From Nitrospirota bacterium (GTDB lineage Bacteria > Nitrospirota > Nitrospiria > 2-01-FULL-66-17): a stretch of DNA of 64,000 bases. Under the pieces are notes generated by a model that saw nothing but the letters and a program-made list of their open reading frames with translations, made no database searches and was not told where the DNA came from. Positions 38,320 to 48,869 of the stretch are shown here, in pieces (position 1 is the stretch's first letter; every line of letters starts with the position of its first letter). Location of the stretch: NCBI GenBank assembly GCA_049325335.1, contig JBMOMC010000043.1:213852-277851 (forward strand). The letters are read 5' to 3'. The translations under genes and the position numbers were made by a program.

Positions 38320-38941
38320 CCGTGAGGTTGAGCATGGCCGAGCGTCGGTCGTATGTGAACGATGGCACCACGGTGTCGGACCCCGAGGCCACGCGCCAGG
38401 CGTTGGCCGCGAGTTGGGTCGCGGCAGCGGTCACGATCGCGGAGCGCGAGAACCCGGTGGATTCGCGGATCCCGACCGGGTCGAGGCGAGAGTCCTCTCG
38501 CGGCGACAGGTAGAACGCGTATACGGTGTACCAGAAAAAGTCGGTGCCGCTGAACAACAACAATGCACGGTTGTACGTGGTCGGCTCATTGCGATAGTCG
38601 CGCAACGCGAGTTCGAAGGTGTAACTGGACGCGATTTCCCCTCCGAGACGATAGGTGAGCACGGCATCGTCCGGAATGCCCGACGCGGTGCTCAACCCCA
38701 AAAAGTACGAGCCGTTTTCTTCGCCGAAAAACTTGGGGGGCGCCGTGCGCGCGCCGACGCCTTCCGCAATCAACACGTGCCCGGATTCGTGAATCGCGAG
38801 ATTGGTGACGAACGCCAGTCCGACTTCGATCGAGTCCGTAAGCCAGGCCGAGTCGGCTGCCGGTACTGTCGGGGGCTCGACCGCCGCGGCCACGAACCCG
38901 ACCACGGCGAGCCCCATCCGGATGATCCATCGGCGAGACAT
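38309..38941 (-). CDS. Hypothetical exported/membrane protein with HExxH motif
   Basis: Signal-like N-terminus, AIHESGH, C-terminal LNLTVTF. Confidence 0.6.
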   Translation of the reverse strand: MSRRWIIRMGLAVVGFVAAAVEPPTVPAADSAWLTDSIEVGLAFVTNLAIHESGHVLIAEGVGARTAPPKFFGEENGSYFLGLSTASGIPDDAVLTYRLGGEIASSYTFELALRDYRNEPTTYNRALLLFSGTDFFWYTVYAFYLSPREDSRLDPVGIRESTGFSRSAIVTAAATQLAANAWRVASGSDTVVPSFTYDRRSAMLNLTVTF

Positions 38942-39026
38942 ACGTGGTGAGGATAACCCCTCCCAGGTATTTGTCCACGTTCGCATCCGGTTGGAGACGC
39001 GTCGAGCGGCATGGTATGATCGGCGC

Positions 39027-39803
39027 GTGCGTGACGATCCCTTCAATGCGCTCGGCAATCGGGCGTTCGCCCGCGGTGATCTGGCCGCGGCGCTGGGGTA
39101 TTACCAGCGAGCGGTGGACGCGCAGCGCCACGCCGGGTCGGATCGCGCGTTGGCGGTGGCCCTGGGTAACGTGGCCAACGTCTATGCGTCCATGGGGCGA
39201 GGCGACGAGGCTTCGAGCCTGTATCGGCAGGTGTTGGACATCGAGCGCCGGCTGGGCGACGAGCTGCAGATCGCGCTCACCTTGCTGCACCTGGGGAACG
39301 TGTCCGCGGACGCATTGGATGCGTCGCGCGCCCGCGCCTATTACCTGGAGGCCAAGGATCTCTTGGAGCGTCTCGGCGAGACCGGCCCCTTGGGGGTGCT
39401 GCACCAGAACACGGGATTGCTCGCGCGCGAGATCGGGGACTACGAGGCGGCCGTGACCGCGTTCGAGGCCGCGTTGACCCTGATGCGGCGAGCCGATGAT
39501 CGACGCGGCGTGGCCGCGGTCTATACCAACCTGGGCCGGACGTATCACCTCATGGGCCGCCTCGACGACGCGGTGGCCTGTTGTTCCACCGCCTACGCCA
39601 TGGCCGAACGCGCGGGCGATGAACTGGCGATCGCGTCGGCGCGCTACCACTTGGCGGGCATTTGCGAAGCGCGCGGCGATCGGGCCGCCGCCATCATGCA
39701 CCTGCGGATCGTGGTGGACATTGACCGGCGGTACGGGTTGCCCAAATACGAAGAGAACCGCGCGCGCCTGGCGGTGCTGGAAGCTGAGGCCACGCCGGGA
39801 TGA
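39027..39803 (+). CDS. Tetratricopeptide repeat protein
   Basis: Repeated LGN.A / LG..Y...G...A patterns; GTG 6 nt after a TATGAT -10 box. Confidence 0.85.
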   Translation: MRDDPFNALGNRAFARGDLAAALGYYQRAVDAQRHAGSDRALAVALGNVANVYASMGRGDEASSLYRQVLDIERRLGDELQIALTLLHLGNVSADALDASRARAYYLEAKDLLERLGETGPLGVLHQNTGLLAREIGDYEAAVTAFEAALTLMRRADDRRGVAAVYTNLGRTYHLMGRLDDAVACCSTAYAMAERAGDELAIASARYHLAGICEARGDRAAAIMHLRIVVDIDRRYGLPKYEENRARLAVLEAEATPG

Positions 39804-40222
39804 GTCCGTCGAACGCGGTCATGGAATCCGTCAAAACGTGGCTGGCCGGCCGAGGCGTCGCGTCCGAACTGGACGACGAAGGCCGGTTGAGTTTTGAAGC
39901 GGCGCGCGGCGAGTGCCTGGTGGAGGTGGACCCGGCCGGCGTGGTGCGGTGTCAGTTCGGGATCGACTTGGAGGAACTGCGCGACTTAATCGCGGGCTCC
40001 GCCACCGAGGACTTGGGCGAGGATGAACTGGTCCGCGCGGCTCGCTACCATCTCCAGACCCTGGCCAAACCCTACGCGGCGCGTCTGGCCGCCGGACAAT
40101 TCACAGAGGAATACGAAGTGACCCCGGCGTACGCAGTGATCGGCTACGTCCACGCGGTGGATCTGTCCCGGCCGGACACCGTGCTGCCGGTGCTGGAGCG
40201 ATCGCTAGAAATTTTGCGGTAA
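39800..40222 (+). CDS. Hypothetical protein
   Basis: 140-aa ORF overlapping both neighbours (ATGA, TAATG). Confidence 0.7.
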   Translation: MSPSNAVMESVKTWLAGRGVASELDDEGRLSFEAARGECLVEVDPAGVVRCQFGIDLEELRDLIAGSATEDLGEDELVRAARYHLQTLAKPYAARLAAGQFTEEYEVTPAYAVIGYVHAVDLSRPDTVLPVLERSLEILR

Positions 40223-41157
40223 TGGACGCGCCGCGCGATACCGTCACCGTGTTCGCCCCGGCCTCGACCGGTAACATTGGACCGGGGTTCGACGTGCTGG
40301 GGATGGCGCTCGCGGGCTTGGGGGACACCGTGCACGCGCGACGGATCTCCGAGCGCAAAGTCGTGATCCGAGAAATTCGGGGCGATGGCGGCAAACTCCC
40401 CACCGACGCGCGCAAGAACACCGCGGGCATTGCCGCGGCCAAAGTCCTCAAGCTGCTCAAAGCCGACTCGGGCGTCGAACTGATCCTGGAAAAGAACATT
40501 CCCGGCAACGGCCTCGGCAGCAGCGCGGCGAGTGCCATTGCCGGCGGGTTCGCCGTGAACGCCTTGTTCGGCTCGCCGCTGTCGAAAGCCGACATCTTAT
40601 TGCCCTGCGCCGCGGCCGAGGCCTCAGTGAGCGGCGGCTACTTTTTGGACAACGCCGCCGCCTCGCTCTTTGGGGGCGTCAACGTGACCAATCCCGAGAC
40701 GCGTGAGGTAATCTCCCTGGGCGGGCTGGCGGGCGCGGTCATCGTGGTGGCCACGCCCAGGTATCAACTCTTGACCGCACGTTCGCGCAAAGTCGTGCCC
40801 AAACGCGTGCCCCTGGCGTCGATGATCGCAAATTGCTCGCGGGCGTGCGCCATTGTCGCGGGCGTAGCCAAACAAGACGTTGAGATCTTCGGCCGTTCGA
40901 TCGTGGACCTGGTGGTCGAGCCCGCGCGCGCGCCGCTGATCCCCGGCTTCGCGGCCGTCAAACGCGCCGCGCTCAAGGCCGGGGCCCTGGGCTGTTCAAT
41001 CTCCGGAGCCGGGTCGTCCGTGTTTGCGGTGACCACTGACAAGGCCCTTGGCGAGAGTATTGGCAGTGCCATGCAGCGAGCGTTTGGGCGTGCTCGTCTG
41101 GAATGTGTGGTGACCGTGACGACGATCGACCCCGCCGGGGCACGTGTTGTTCAGTAA
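40222..41157 (+). CDS. thrB: Homoserine kinase (GHMP)
   Basis: PASTGNIGPGFDVLG, PGNGLGSSAAS, DN..ASLFGG, ISGAGS. Confidence 0.92.
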   Translation: MDAPRDTVTVFAPASTGNIGPGFDVLGMALAGLGDTVHARRISERKVVIREIRGDGGKLPTDARKNTAGIAAAKVLKLLKADSGVELILEKNIPGNGLGSSAASAIAGGFAVNALFGSPLSKADILLPCAAAEASVSGGYFLDNAAASLFGGVNVTNPETREVISLGGLAGAVIVVATPRYQLLTARSRKVVPKRVPLASMIANCSRACAIVAGVAKQDVEIFGRSIVDLVVEPARAPLIPGFAAVKRAALKAGALGCSISGAGSSVFAVTTDKALGESIGSAMQRAFGRARLECVVTVTTIDPAGARVVQ

Positions 41158-41190
41158 GCTGTTTGGCCAACTAGCAGGAGCGACCGCCTC

Positions 41191-42039
41191 ATGCCGATCA
41201 TGTTCAATTCGATCCTACATGAAGCGGGCTTGCCGCTGGCCGATGTTCGCCTCATCCGTCACAAAGACAAACGAGCGACCAGGGGCCGCACCCCTTACGA
41301 ACTGTGGCGCGACAACCGCCCACAGTTCGAACTGTATCAATCCGTTCAAAGCATACCGAATCGAAAGAAATTCACGGCACTGTATTGGGCAGTGTTTATC
41401 GTCAATCTTAGCGATGAGACGATGTTTGCGGGAGTCTATGCCGTGAAGTATCGAGGGCTATTGGAACAAGACACACCCAAACCACATATGGATGGGATTG
41501 ACGAGGCCGGAAGCGGCGATGTTTATGACCTCACGTTGCAGGACACGCTGAGTGACCTCATCGGGAAGCTATTTATCGATTGGGGGCCAGGAGCCCTCGC
41601 GTGGGTACAATACGCCGACCGGAATGATAAGCCGGTCACTGAGTTGCGTATAGCATTTCAGGAACCAGCTTTTCCTGGCTTCTTGAACTTCATCCAGGCC
41701 CTCTCAAAGATCGAGAATGTGCCGAAAAGCTGGATGGCCGCCCTCCAGTCCTCCCGGGGAGTCTACTTGCTGACATGCCCCAAGACAAAGGAACAGTATG
41801 TTGGCTCGGCGACTGGTGAAGAAGGGTTTTGGGGTCGCTGGCAAGCCTATGTCCACACGGGACACGGCGGCAATCTTGGTCTCAAGAGTCGCGACCCAAG
41901 CGATTACCAGGTTTCGATCCTGGAAGTTGCGGGAACATCCGCGACAACAGACGACATATTAAGGATGGAAGGTCGGTGGCAGTCCAAGCTGCAAAGCCGA
42001 GAAATGGGGTTGAACCGGAACTGGGCTGGTCAGTCGTAG
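41191..42039 (+). CDS. GIY-YIG nuclease domain protein
   Basis: C-terminal GVYLL...YVGSA...GRW..Y...ILE...E..W...LN; visibly more AT-rich codons than neighbours; AGGAG RBS. Confidence 0.85.
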   Translation: MPIMFNSILHEAGLPLADVRLIRHKDKRATRGRTPYELWRDNRPQFELYQSVQSIPNRKKFTALYWAVFIVNLSDETMFAGVYAVKYRGLLEQDTPKPHMDGIDEAGSGDVYDLTLQDTLSDLIGKLFIDWGPGALAWVQYADRNDKPVTELRIAFQEPAFPGFLNFIQALSKIENVPKSWMAALQSSRGVYLLTCPKTKEQYVGSATGEEGFWGRWQAYVHTGHGGNLGLKSRDPSDYQVSILEVAGTSATTDDILRMEGRWQSKLQSREMGLNRNWAGQS

Positions 42040-42209
42040 GGACGAAGAAGAGAGTGCGGAATTGGGGCCAGAGAGGATCAATAGGGGACGTTGACCCACG
42101 TGTACGGGAATCTCTTGAACGTCTCCGACCTCGCGCGGTCGCTGACCGTGTCCGGGCCATGGTCAAAACGGATACAGGAGGCTTACCAGGGGCTGACAGA
42201 GTCCGAGGT

Positions 42210-42236
42210 GTGGTTCGACAGGTTCACCACGGACGG
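42210..42236 (+). repeat. TTCGAC-type REP-like unit
   Basis: GTGGTTCGACAGGTTCACCACGGACGG, 25/27 identical to 59294-59320. Confidence 0.7.
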
Positions 42237-42272
42237 CACAGTTTCGAAATCGTTGATCCGATCAGCCCCGCG

Positions 42273-42302
42273 TTGACACACTCGAATTCGTTACGTTACG
42301 AT
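42273..42302 (+). promoter_or_regulatory. Putative trxA promoter
   Basis: TTGACA-N18-TACGAT; GGAGG RBS follows. Confidence 0.55.
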
Positions 42303-42326
42303 GTGCCGAAACGATTGGAGGGGTAG

Positions 42327-42656
42327 ATGGGACAGGCAGTGAAGGTGGAAACTGCGTCGTGGGACGCGACGGTCCTCAAGGCCAATGGCTTGGTGATGGT
42401 GGATTTTTGGGCGGTGTGGTGCCGTCCGTGCCAGATGATCGCGCCGATTATCGAGGAACTGGCGAAGGAATACGACGGGCGACTCACCGTCGCCAAACTC
42501 AACACCGATGAAAACCCTGATCTCGCGAGTCGCTATCAGATCATGGGCATCCCCACGCTGATGTTTTTTCGCGACGGGAAGGCCATCGAAAAGATCGTCG
42601 GCGCCGCGTCCAAACAGCAGTTCAAAGAGAAAATCGAGACACTCCTCGCGTCCTAA
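42327..42656 (+). CDS. trxA: Thioredoxin
   Basis: VDFWAVWCRPC, IMGIPTLMFF. Confidence 0.95.
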   Translation: MGQAVKVETASWDATVLKANGLVMVDFWAVWCRPCQMIAPIIEELAKEYDGRLTVAKLNTDENPDLASRYQIMGIPTLMFFRDGKAIEKIVGAASKQQFKEKIETLLAS

Positions 42657-42681
42657 TCCGGCGCTCCTTTGGTGAGGGCGT

Positions 42682-44421
42682 ATGCTCCGTGATCTGCGGG
42701 TCCAACGCTTCGCCCTCATCGACGATCTGCAACTGGCGTTCGGACCCCGTCTGAACGTCTTGACCGGGGAAACCGGCGCCGGAAAATCCATCCTCCTTGA
42801 TGCGGTGACCATGGTCCTCGGCGGCCGCGCCTCGCCGGACATGGTTCGCTCCGGCTGTGAGGACGCGGTGGTTGAAGCCTCGTTCGACGTGGCCGCGCAG
42901 TCGCCGGCCGCCGCCGCGCTCGCCGACATGGGGTACCCGCAGGATGACGACTTGGTGGTTCAGCGCGTGGTCTCAATCACCGGGAAGGGCCGCGTCTACG
43001 TCAACGGTCGGCCGGTAACGGTGTCGGCGTTGGCGCAGGTGACCGGGCACCTGATCGACCTGCACAGTCAACACGATTATCAGTCGCTGATGCGCGCGGA
43101 CACCCCGTTGACGGTGCTGGACGCGTTCGCGAAGGCCGAGGATTTGCGGCGGGCGTGTCGCGACGCCTGGTCCGCATGGCTCGAATTGGATCAGGCGTTG
43201 TCGTCCCAATCCGCTCGGGCGGCCGACCGGGCGCGCGAGATCGCTCTGTTGACGCACGAGGTCGAGGAGTTGGATCGCTCGGAGCTCGCACCCGGCGAAG
43301 CCGAAGCGCTCGAACGCGAGCGCACCGTGTTGCGGCACGCCGAGCGTCTGCTTGCCGTCTCGCGGGCCGCGCAGGAACGGCTGAACGAGCATGGCGTGCT
43401 GGAAGGGACCGGCGCGATCGCAACGGACTTACAGGCCGCGGCCGCGCTCGATCCGAAACTCACGGAGGCGTCCGAGTTGGCGGCCGCGGCCTTGGTGCAG
43501 CTCCAGGAACTTGCGTCAACGCTGCGTCGGTACGGCGACGGGGGCGAGCCCGAGGAGGGACGGTTGGACGCGATCGAGTCTCGCTTGGCCGAACTCCAGC
43601 GTTTACGAAGAAAATACGGGGTGGAGTCCGACGAGTTGGCGGGCCTGGCCGTGCGTAAACGCGAGCACCTGCGCGCGCTTGAAACCGAGGTGGAGTCGAG
43701 CCACACGTTGGGCGCGCGCGCCGAGGAGGCCCGGCGCCGGCTGGAAACCGTTGCGGACCAACTGCACCAGCGTCGTGTCGAGACGGCGGGGAAACTCGCG
43801 TCCTTGGTTGACGCGGAGTTGGCGCGCCTGCGCATGTCCGCGCGATTGCAGATCGAGGTCGCTCCCACGGATGCGTCGGGCGCGATCGGTCCGCTTGGGC
43901 GCGATCGCGCGGATTTTCTGATTCAGACCAACCCCGGCGAACCCGCCAAGTCCTTGCGCAAGGTCGCCTCGGGCGGTGAACTGTCGCGGGTGATGCTGGG
44001 GCTCAAGTCGGTACTCGCGAGCGTGGACGCGGCGCCGACCTTGATCTTCGATGAAGCGGACGCCGGCGTGGGCGGCGCGGTGGCCGAGGTGGTGGGGCGC
44101 CGCTTACGCGCGATCGCGGATCACCGGCAGGTGTTGTGCGTGACCCATTTGCCCCAAGTGGCGAGCGGCGCGGAGACCCACATTCTCGTGGAAAAAACGC
44201 TCGAGCGCGGGCGAACCAACACCACGGCGCGACGATTGACCGAACGCGAACGCGTGCGGGAAATCGCGCGGATGTTGGCTGGCGAGGAAATCACCGCGAC
44301 CGCGCTGCATCACGCGGAAGAAATGATTCGGTTGGTGACGGCTCCGCAGTCGGAGCCGTCCGCGCCAAGAGGCCGCGCCCGGCCGGGCGGCGCGGGACGT
44401 CGCCCGGCCGCGGAGGCCTGA
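42682..44421 (+). CDS. recN: DNA repair protein RecN
   Basis: TGETGAGKS, coiled coil, ASGGELSR, LIFDEAD, VTHLPQVA. Confidence 0.95.
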   Translation: MLRDLRVQRFALIDDLQLAFGPRLNVLTGETGAGKSILLDAVTMVLGGRASPDMVRSGCEDAVVEASFDVAAQSPAAAALADMGYPQDDDLVVQRVVSITGKGRVYVNGRPVTVSALAQVTGHLIDLHSQHDYQSLMRADTPLTVLDAFAKAEDLRRACRDAWSAWLELDQALSSQSARAADRAREIALLTHEVEELDRSELAPGEAEALERERTVLRHAERLLAVSRAAQERLNEHGVLEGTGAIATDLQAAAALDPKLTEASELAAAALVQLQELASTLRRYGDGGEPEEGRLDAIESRLAELQRLRRKYGVESDELAGLAVRKREHLRALETEVESSHTLGARAEEARRRLETVADQLHQRRVETAGKLASLVDAELARLRMSARLQIEVAPTDASGAIGPLGRDRADFLIQTNPGEPAKSLRKVASGGELSRVMLGLKSVLASVDAAPTLIFDEADAGVGGAVAEVVGRRLRAIADHRQVLCVTHLPQVASGAETHILVEKTLERGRTNTTARRLTERERVREIARMLAGEEITATALHHAEEMIRLVTAPQSEPSAPRGRARPGGAGRRPAAEA

Positions 44422-44423
44422 CG

Positions 44424-44837
44424 TCAGGCGCTGGCGATATGTTGCGGCGCGTGAGGCTGCCGCCGATCCAGCACCCGCCGGATCGTGGTGAGCATTTCCG
44501 TGATATTAAACGGTTTGAGCAGGTAGTCGGCGGCTCCGAACCGGATTCCGTCCACCGCGGTTTTGAGCCCTCCAAACCCGGTGACAATCACCACGTCGGT
44601 CTCGCTGTGATCGCGTCGGATGCTTTGCAGCACGTCCGTCCCGTGCATCCCGGGCATCTTCAGGTCGAGCGTGACCAAATCGATTTTGTGAACCTTCATC
44701 AGCGCGAGCGCGTCGGCGCCGTTGTCCGCGGTGTACACGTGATAAAAGGGTTTGAGGATCATCTTGAGTGATTCACGCGGACCCACTTCATCGTCCACGA
44801 CCAACACGGTGACGTTTTCTCGAATGGCCTGTTCCAT
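44424..44837 (-). CDS. Single-domain response regulator
   Basis: VVDDE, LDLKMPGMHG, TG, YLLKPF; no output domain. Confidence 0.9.
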   Translation of the reverse strand: MEQAIRENVTVLVVDDEVGPRESLKMILKPFYHVYTADNGADALALMKVHKIDLVTLDLKMPGMHGTDVLQSIRRDHSETDVVIVTGFGGLKTAVDGIRFGAADYLLKPFNITEMLTTIRRVLDRRQPHAPQHIASA

Positions 44838-44971
44838 GAGGACTCCTTCTCGATCCGGGGTAGACGCCTATGGCGTCACGCGCGGGGACAGGCGCTAAGC
44901 ATAGCAAACTCGGGGGGCGCGTCGAGCCGATTCCTTGACCGTGGGTGGACAAACCCGTACAATCCGGCCCC

Positions 44972-45808
44972 GTGAGCGTGCAAGGCGCGTGTAAAACCCG
45001 TCCAACGCCGTGGGTCGCGCGAACACGATGGACGGCCGGGATCGCGGCGCTCGCGGCCGTCCTCGCGGCGGCAGGGCCGGCTCGCGGCGAACGCCCGTTT
45101 CTCGTGACCGAACGCGCGACGCTGCTCGATCACGGGGAGGCGCGGTTGGAAGTCGGCGTCGACGCGTCGCGCTTTTCCTCGGACATCACGCGTTACGCGA
45201 TCAACACCGAACTGACGTCCGGCATCCTGACGAATCTGAATTTTACGGTCGAAGCGCCGTACCTGTTCGTGACCGGAACGGATGGGGGCACGCAGGGCCA
45301 GGTGGGCGACGTGGTGCTGCGGCCCAAGCTCCAACTGCTCAAAGGTCGAGAAGCCAACCCGCTGTCCTTGGCCGCCGAATTGGTCTTGAAGTTTCCGAGC
45401 TGCGACGACGCCGTGGTCGCAAACGTCCCCCACGTGATACCGGCGTGTACCGGAGAAGCGGATCTGGGCATGGTGGCGATCGCCACCAAAGAATTTCAGC
45501 CCGTGACCGTGCACTTAAATCTCGGCTATACCTTGGTCGGGAATCCTCCGGGCCGGAATGTGGATGACGTGACCACGTATTCGCTGGCGTTTGAATACGT
45601 GACCATCCTGCCGGCGGTGACGGTGGTCACGGAGTTATGGGGAGAAACCAGTCGAGAGCCCGGTGTCTACGGCAACGCGCTCGCGCTCTTGCTGGGGGTG
45701 ACCTACCAACTCAATCGCCGGGTGGTGTTGGACAGCTCGTTAACGGCGGGACTTTCGTCCCCGAGCGCGGACTACACGGCCGCGTTCGGCATGTCGTACC
45801 GGTTTTAG
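44972..45808 (+). CDS. Outer-membrane beta-barrel protein (MetA-pathway/transporter-like)
   Basis: Signal peptide, RPFLVTE.A, amphipathic strands, C-terminal MSYRF; TTGACC-N17-TACAAT 8 nt upstream of GTG. Confidence 0.7.
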   Translation: MSVQGACKTRPTPWVARTRWTAGIAALAAVLAAAGPARGERPFLVTERATLLDHGEARLEVGVDASRFSSDITRYAINTELTSGILTNLNFTVEAPYLFVTGTDGGTQGQVGDVVLRPKLQLLKGREANPLSLAAELVLKFPSCDDAVVANVPHVIPACTGEADLGMVAIATKEFQPVTVHLNLGYTLVGNPPGRNVDDVTTYSLAFEYVTILPAVTVVTELWGETSREPGVYGNALALLLGVTYQLNRRVVLDSSLTAGLSSPSADYTAAFGMSYRF

Positions 45809-45827
45809 GCGATCCCGCGAGGCGGGC

Positions 45828-46019
45828 TCAGACGGCCTTCTGGACCCGTTGGGACTTGAGGCAACTCGTGCAGACCTTGATCCGCTTCGACGAGGCGGCG
45901 ACCACCGCATGCACCGAATGAAGATTGGGCTGCCAGACTTTTTTCGTCTTGTTGTTGGCGTGGCTGACGTTAAACCCGACCTGACGGCCCTTCCCGCAAA
46001 TTCCACACACGCGTGCCAT
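45828..46019 (-). CDS. rpmB: 50S ribosomal protein L28 (Zn-binding type)
   Basis: [10 protein letters not shown]...[17 protein letters not shown]...VCTSCLK; GAGGAG RBS. Confidence 0.95.
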   Translation of the reverse strand: MARVCGICGKGRQVGFNVSHANNKTKKVWQPNLHSVHAVVAASSKRIKVCTSCLKSQRVQKAV

Positions 46020-46137
46020 GAAACCTCTCCTCTTCACGTGACTGAAAGCCGTCCACATTAACACGGGCTCCTCAAAAGTGCAAGCCGGTCGGCCGTTGCC
46101 TCCTCGTCCGGGGTCATCGCAGCCTCCTCCCACGGTC

Positions 46138-48558
46138 ATGGAATACCTGCGGCGGATGGCGCGTCCGGTGGAATTCGCGATTCGGGAGGAACACAAGAAC
46201 GTGGCGCTGGTGCGCAACCTCGGGGCGTTCCTGGCGCGGTGCGCCGGGGACGGGTTGGCCGTGGCCGCGTACCGGATGATCCATCCCGATTTACGTCGAT
46301 TGCAGGGTCTTGCCGCGGGGTATGACGATCTTCCCGCAACCGCGCGTCGGGAGCGATTAGAAGCGGTGCGCGACCTGCTGGCGCGGATGAGCCGCCGCGA
46401 CGCGGCCCGCGACCAGCTCGCCGCGCCGTCGGCAGCCGCTCCCGTGTCTCCGTGGGGCGTGGACCTCGCGGAGCCGGTGGCCGCGTTGCCCGGGATCGGG
46501 GTCCGGCGCGCGGCCTTGTTGGGCAAGCTCGGCATCGAACGCGTGGAAGACCTACTTTGGCGGTTGCCGTGGCGGTACGTTGACCGCTCATCCGCGACCC
46601 CCTTGGGCGAACTCCGGGTCGGGCAAGACACGACCGTCTGCGCCGAGATCCGCTCGATCGAGGAAGTGGTCACGTCGCGCCGACGCATGCGGATTTTGGA
46701 AGTGGTGGTGGGTGACGCGACCGGCGTGTTGACCGTGAAGTGGTTCAACCAGCCGTATCTGCGGGCCCGCTTGGCCCCGGGGCAGGTGCTCATGTGCAGC
46801 GGGCGGATCAAGGCGTCCCGGTCGCTCTCGCTCATGGAAATGGACGGTCCGCAGTTTGAGATCTTGGAGTCCGAGGGGGACGCCTCGCTGCACACCGGGC
46901 GGGTCGTGCCGGTTTACCACGAGACCCGCGGGCTCAACTCCCGCGCGCTGCGGGGGCTGGTGGATCAGGTGCTCACGCACGGGCGCGGCGTGGAGCAGGA
47001 CGCATTGCCCGATTCCCTGCGCGAGCGGCACGGACTCATGCCGAAACAGGCGGCGTGGCGCGCGGTGCATTTTCCACCGCCCGACGCGGATCTCGCGCAA
47101 TGGAACGTGGGGGTGAGTCCGGCGCACCGACGGCTGGTGTTCGAGGAACTGTTGCTGTTGGAATTGGGGCTGGCGGTGCGTCGACGGGAGACCGCGGCGG
47201 ACGCGGAGGGCATCGCGTTTTGCTGCGATCCGGATCGGCTGGCCGCGTTGTGGCGCGCGTTGCCGTATGCGCCCACCGGGGCGCAGCGACGCGTGGTGGA
47301 CGAGGTGCTGCGCGACATGGCGTCGTCCAAACCCATGAACCGGTTGATCCAGGGGGACGTGGGGTGCGGCAAAACCGTGGTCGCGGCCGCGGCCGTTTGG
47401 ATGGCCGCGGGTGACGGGTACCAAGCCGCGTTCATGGCGCCCACGGAATTGTTGGCCGAACAACACGGCCGCCAGTTGGCGACGCTGTTGGGCGGGCTTG
47501 GGCTGCGCATCGCCCTGCTGACCAGCGATTTGGCGCGCCGGGAGCGCGCGGAGTTGCTCGCTCGGTTGGCCGACGGCGCGATCGACTGCGTGGTGGGCAC
47601 CCACGCGCTGCTGCAACCCGACGTGCGGTTTGCGCGCTTCGGGTTCGCGGTGATCGACGAGCAACATAAGTTCGGCGTGATGCAGCGCTCCCATTTGGTC
47701 CGCAAAGGGTATCATCCGGACGTGTTGATCATGACCGCGACGCCTATTCCCCGCACGTTGGCGATGACCGTGTACGGGGACCTGGACGTGTCCGTGATCG
47801 ACGAAATGCCGGCGGGCCGGGCGCCGATCGAGACGCGGTGGCACCGCGAATCGCAACGCGCCGCCGCGGACGATGCGGTCGGCCGCGCGATCCGGGCGGG
47901 ACGGCAGGTCTACGTCGTGGCGCCGCGCATCGACGAATCGGACGAGGGCGACGTGCGATCCGTCGGCGTGGTGGCGGACCACCTCCGCGCGCGTCACCCT
48001 GACGCTCGGATCGGGGTGCTGCACGGCCGCATGCCCAAAGCGGACAAGGACCGGGTGATGCGAGCGTTTCTGTCGCGCGAGCTGGATGTTCTGGCGGCGA
48101 CCACGGTGGTGGAAGTCGGGATCGACGTGCCGAATGCCACGGTGATCGTCATCGAACATGCCGATCGATACGGACTGGCGCAACTCCACCAACTGCGAGG
48201 ACGCGTGGGGCGAGGCCGGGAGGCTTCGGTTTGTCTCCTGCTGTCGCCGAGTCGAATTTCCGATGAGGCTCGAGCGCGGTTGGAAACCATGACGTCGGTT
48301 CGCGACGGGTTTGTGATCGCGGATCGTGATCTGGCCGCGCGCGGCCCCGGGGAATTTCTCGGCACGCGTCAGTCCGGGCTCCCAGACCTCAAAGTGGCTA
48401 ATTTGATCCGCGACGCGCAGTTAGTGGAACTCGCGCGTCGCGAGGCGTTCGCGTTGTTCGAGCGCGACCCCACGTTGTCGGCCCCGGAGCATCGTGTATT
48501 GAAAGCGGCGCTGAAGCGGACGTGGGGACGGCGACTCGCGCTCGCCTCCGTCGGCTGA
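46138..48558 (+). CDS. recG: ATP-dependent DNA helicase RecG
   Basis: [46 protein letters not shown]. Confidence 0.95.
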   Translation: MEYLRRMARPVEFAIREEHKNVALVRNLGAFLARCAGDGLAVAAYRMIHPDLRRLQGLAAGYDDLPATARRERLEAVRDLLARMSRRDAARDQLAAPSAAAPVSPWGVDLAEPVAALPGIGVRRAALLGKLGIERVEDLLWRLPWRYVDRSSATPLGELRVGQDTTVCAEIRSIEEVVTSRRRMRILEVVVGDATGVLTVKWFNQPYLRARLAPGQVLMCSGRIKASRSLSLMEMDGPQFEILESEGDASLHTGRVVPVYHETRGLNSRALRGLVDQVLTHGRGVEQDALPDSLRERHGLMPKQAAWRAVHFPPPDADLAQWNVGVSPAHRRLVFEELLLLELGLAVRRRETAADAEGIAFCCDPDRLAALWRALPYAPTGAQRRVVDEVLRDMASSKPMNRLIQGDVGCGKTVVAAAAVWMAAGDGYQAAFMAPTELLAEQHGRQLATLLGGLGLRIALLTSDLARRERAELLARLADGAIDCVVGTHALLQPDVRFARFGFAVIDEQHKFGVMQRSHLVRKGYHPDVLIMTATPIPRTLAMTVYGDLDVSVIDEMPAGRAPIETRWHRESQRAAADDAVGRAIRAGRQVYVVAPRIDESDEGDVRSVGVVADHLRARHPDARIGVLHGRMPKADKDRVMRAFLSRELDVLAATTVVEVGIDVPNATVIVIEHADRYGLAQLHQLRGRVGRGREASVCLLLSPSRISDEARARLETMTSVRDGFVIADRDLAARGPGEFLGTRQSGLPDLKVANLIRDAQLVELARREAFALFERDPTLSAPEHRVLKAALKRTWGRRLALASVG

Positions 48559-48560
48559 CC

Positions 48561-48869
48561 ATGGTGGACGTGTGGCGAAAAATTCGCGAGGACGGTTCGA
48601 CCGGGTTCCTCGCCCTGTTGGCCGGCGCGATCAGGGGCGGCCGCGCGCTCCCCGAGACGCTGCGATTGCGATGGAATCTGCGTGACACACGCGTGGAACT
48701 CGACGCGGCGTACGCCGAACTGGGCGAGTACCTAACCGAGGCCCTCCACGCGGGCGGCGCGGTAGAGCCGAACGACGAGCGGGCGCGCGGCCTCTGCGGA
48801 CGGATCGATGAGTTGCTCGCGGCCGAACAACGATTGCGCGATGAACTCTCGCGCGGGAGCGTGCCGTAG
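48561..48869 (+). CDS. Hypothetical helical protein
   Basis: 102-aa ORF filling the gap between recG and ppx. Confidence 0.6.
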   Translation: MVDVWRKIREDGSTGFLALLAGAIRGGRALPETLRLRWNLRDTRVELDAAYAELGEYLTEALHAGGAVEPNDERARGLCGRIDELLAAEQRLRDELSRGSVP

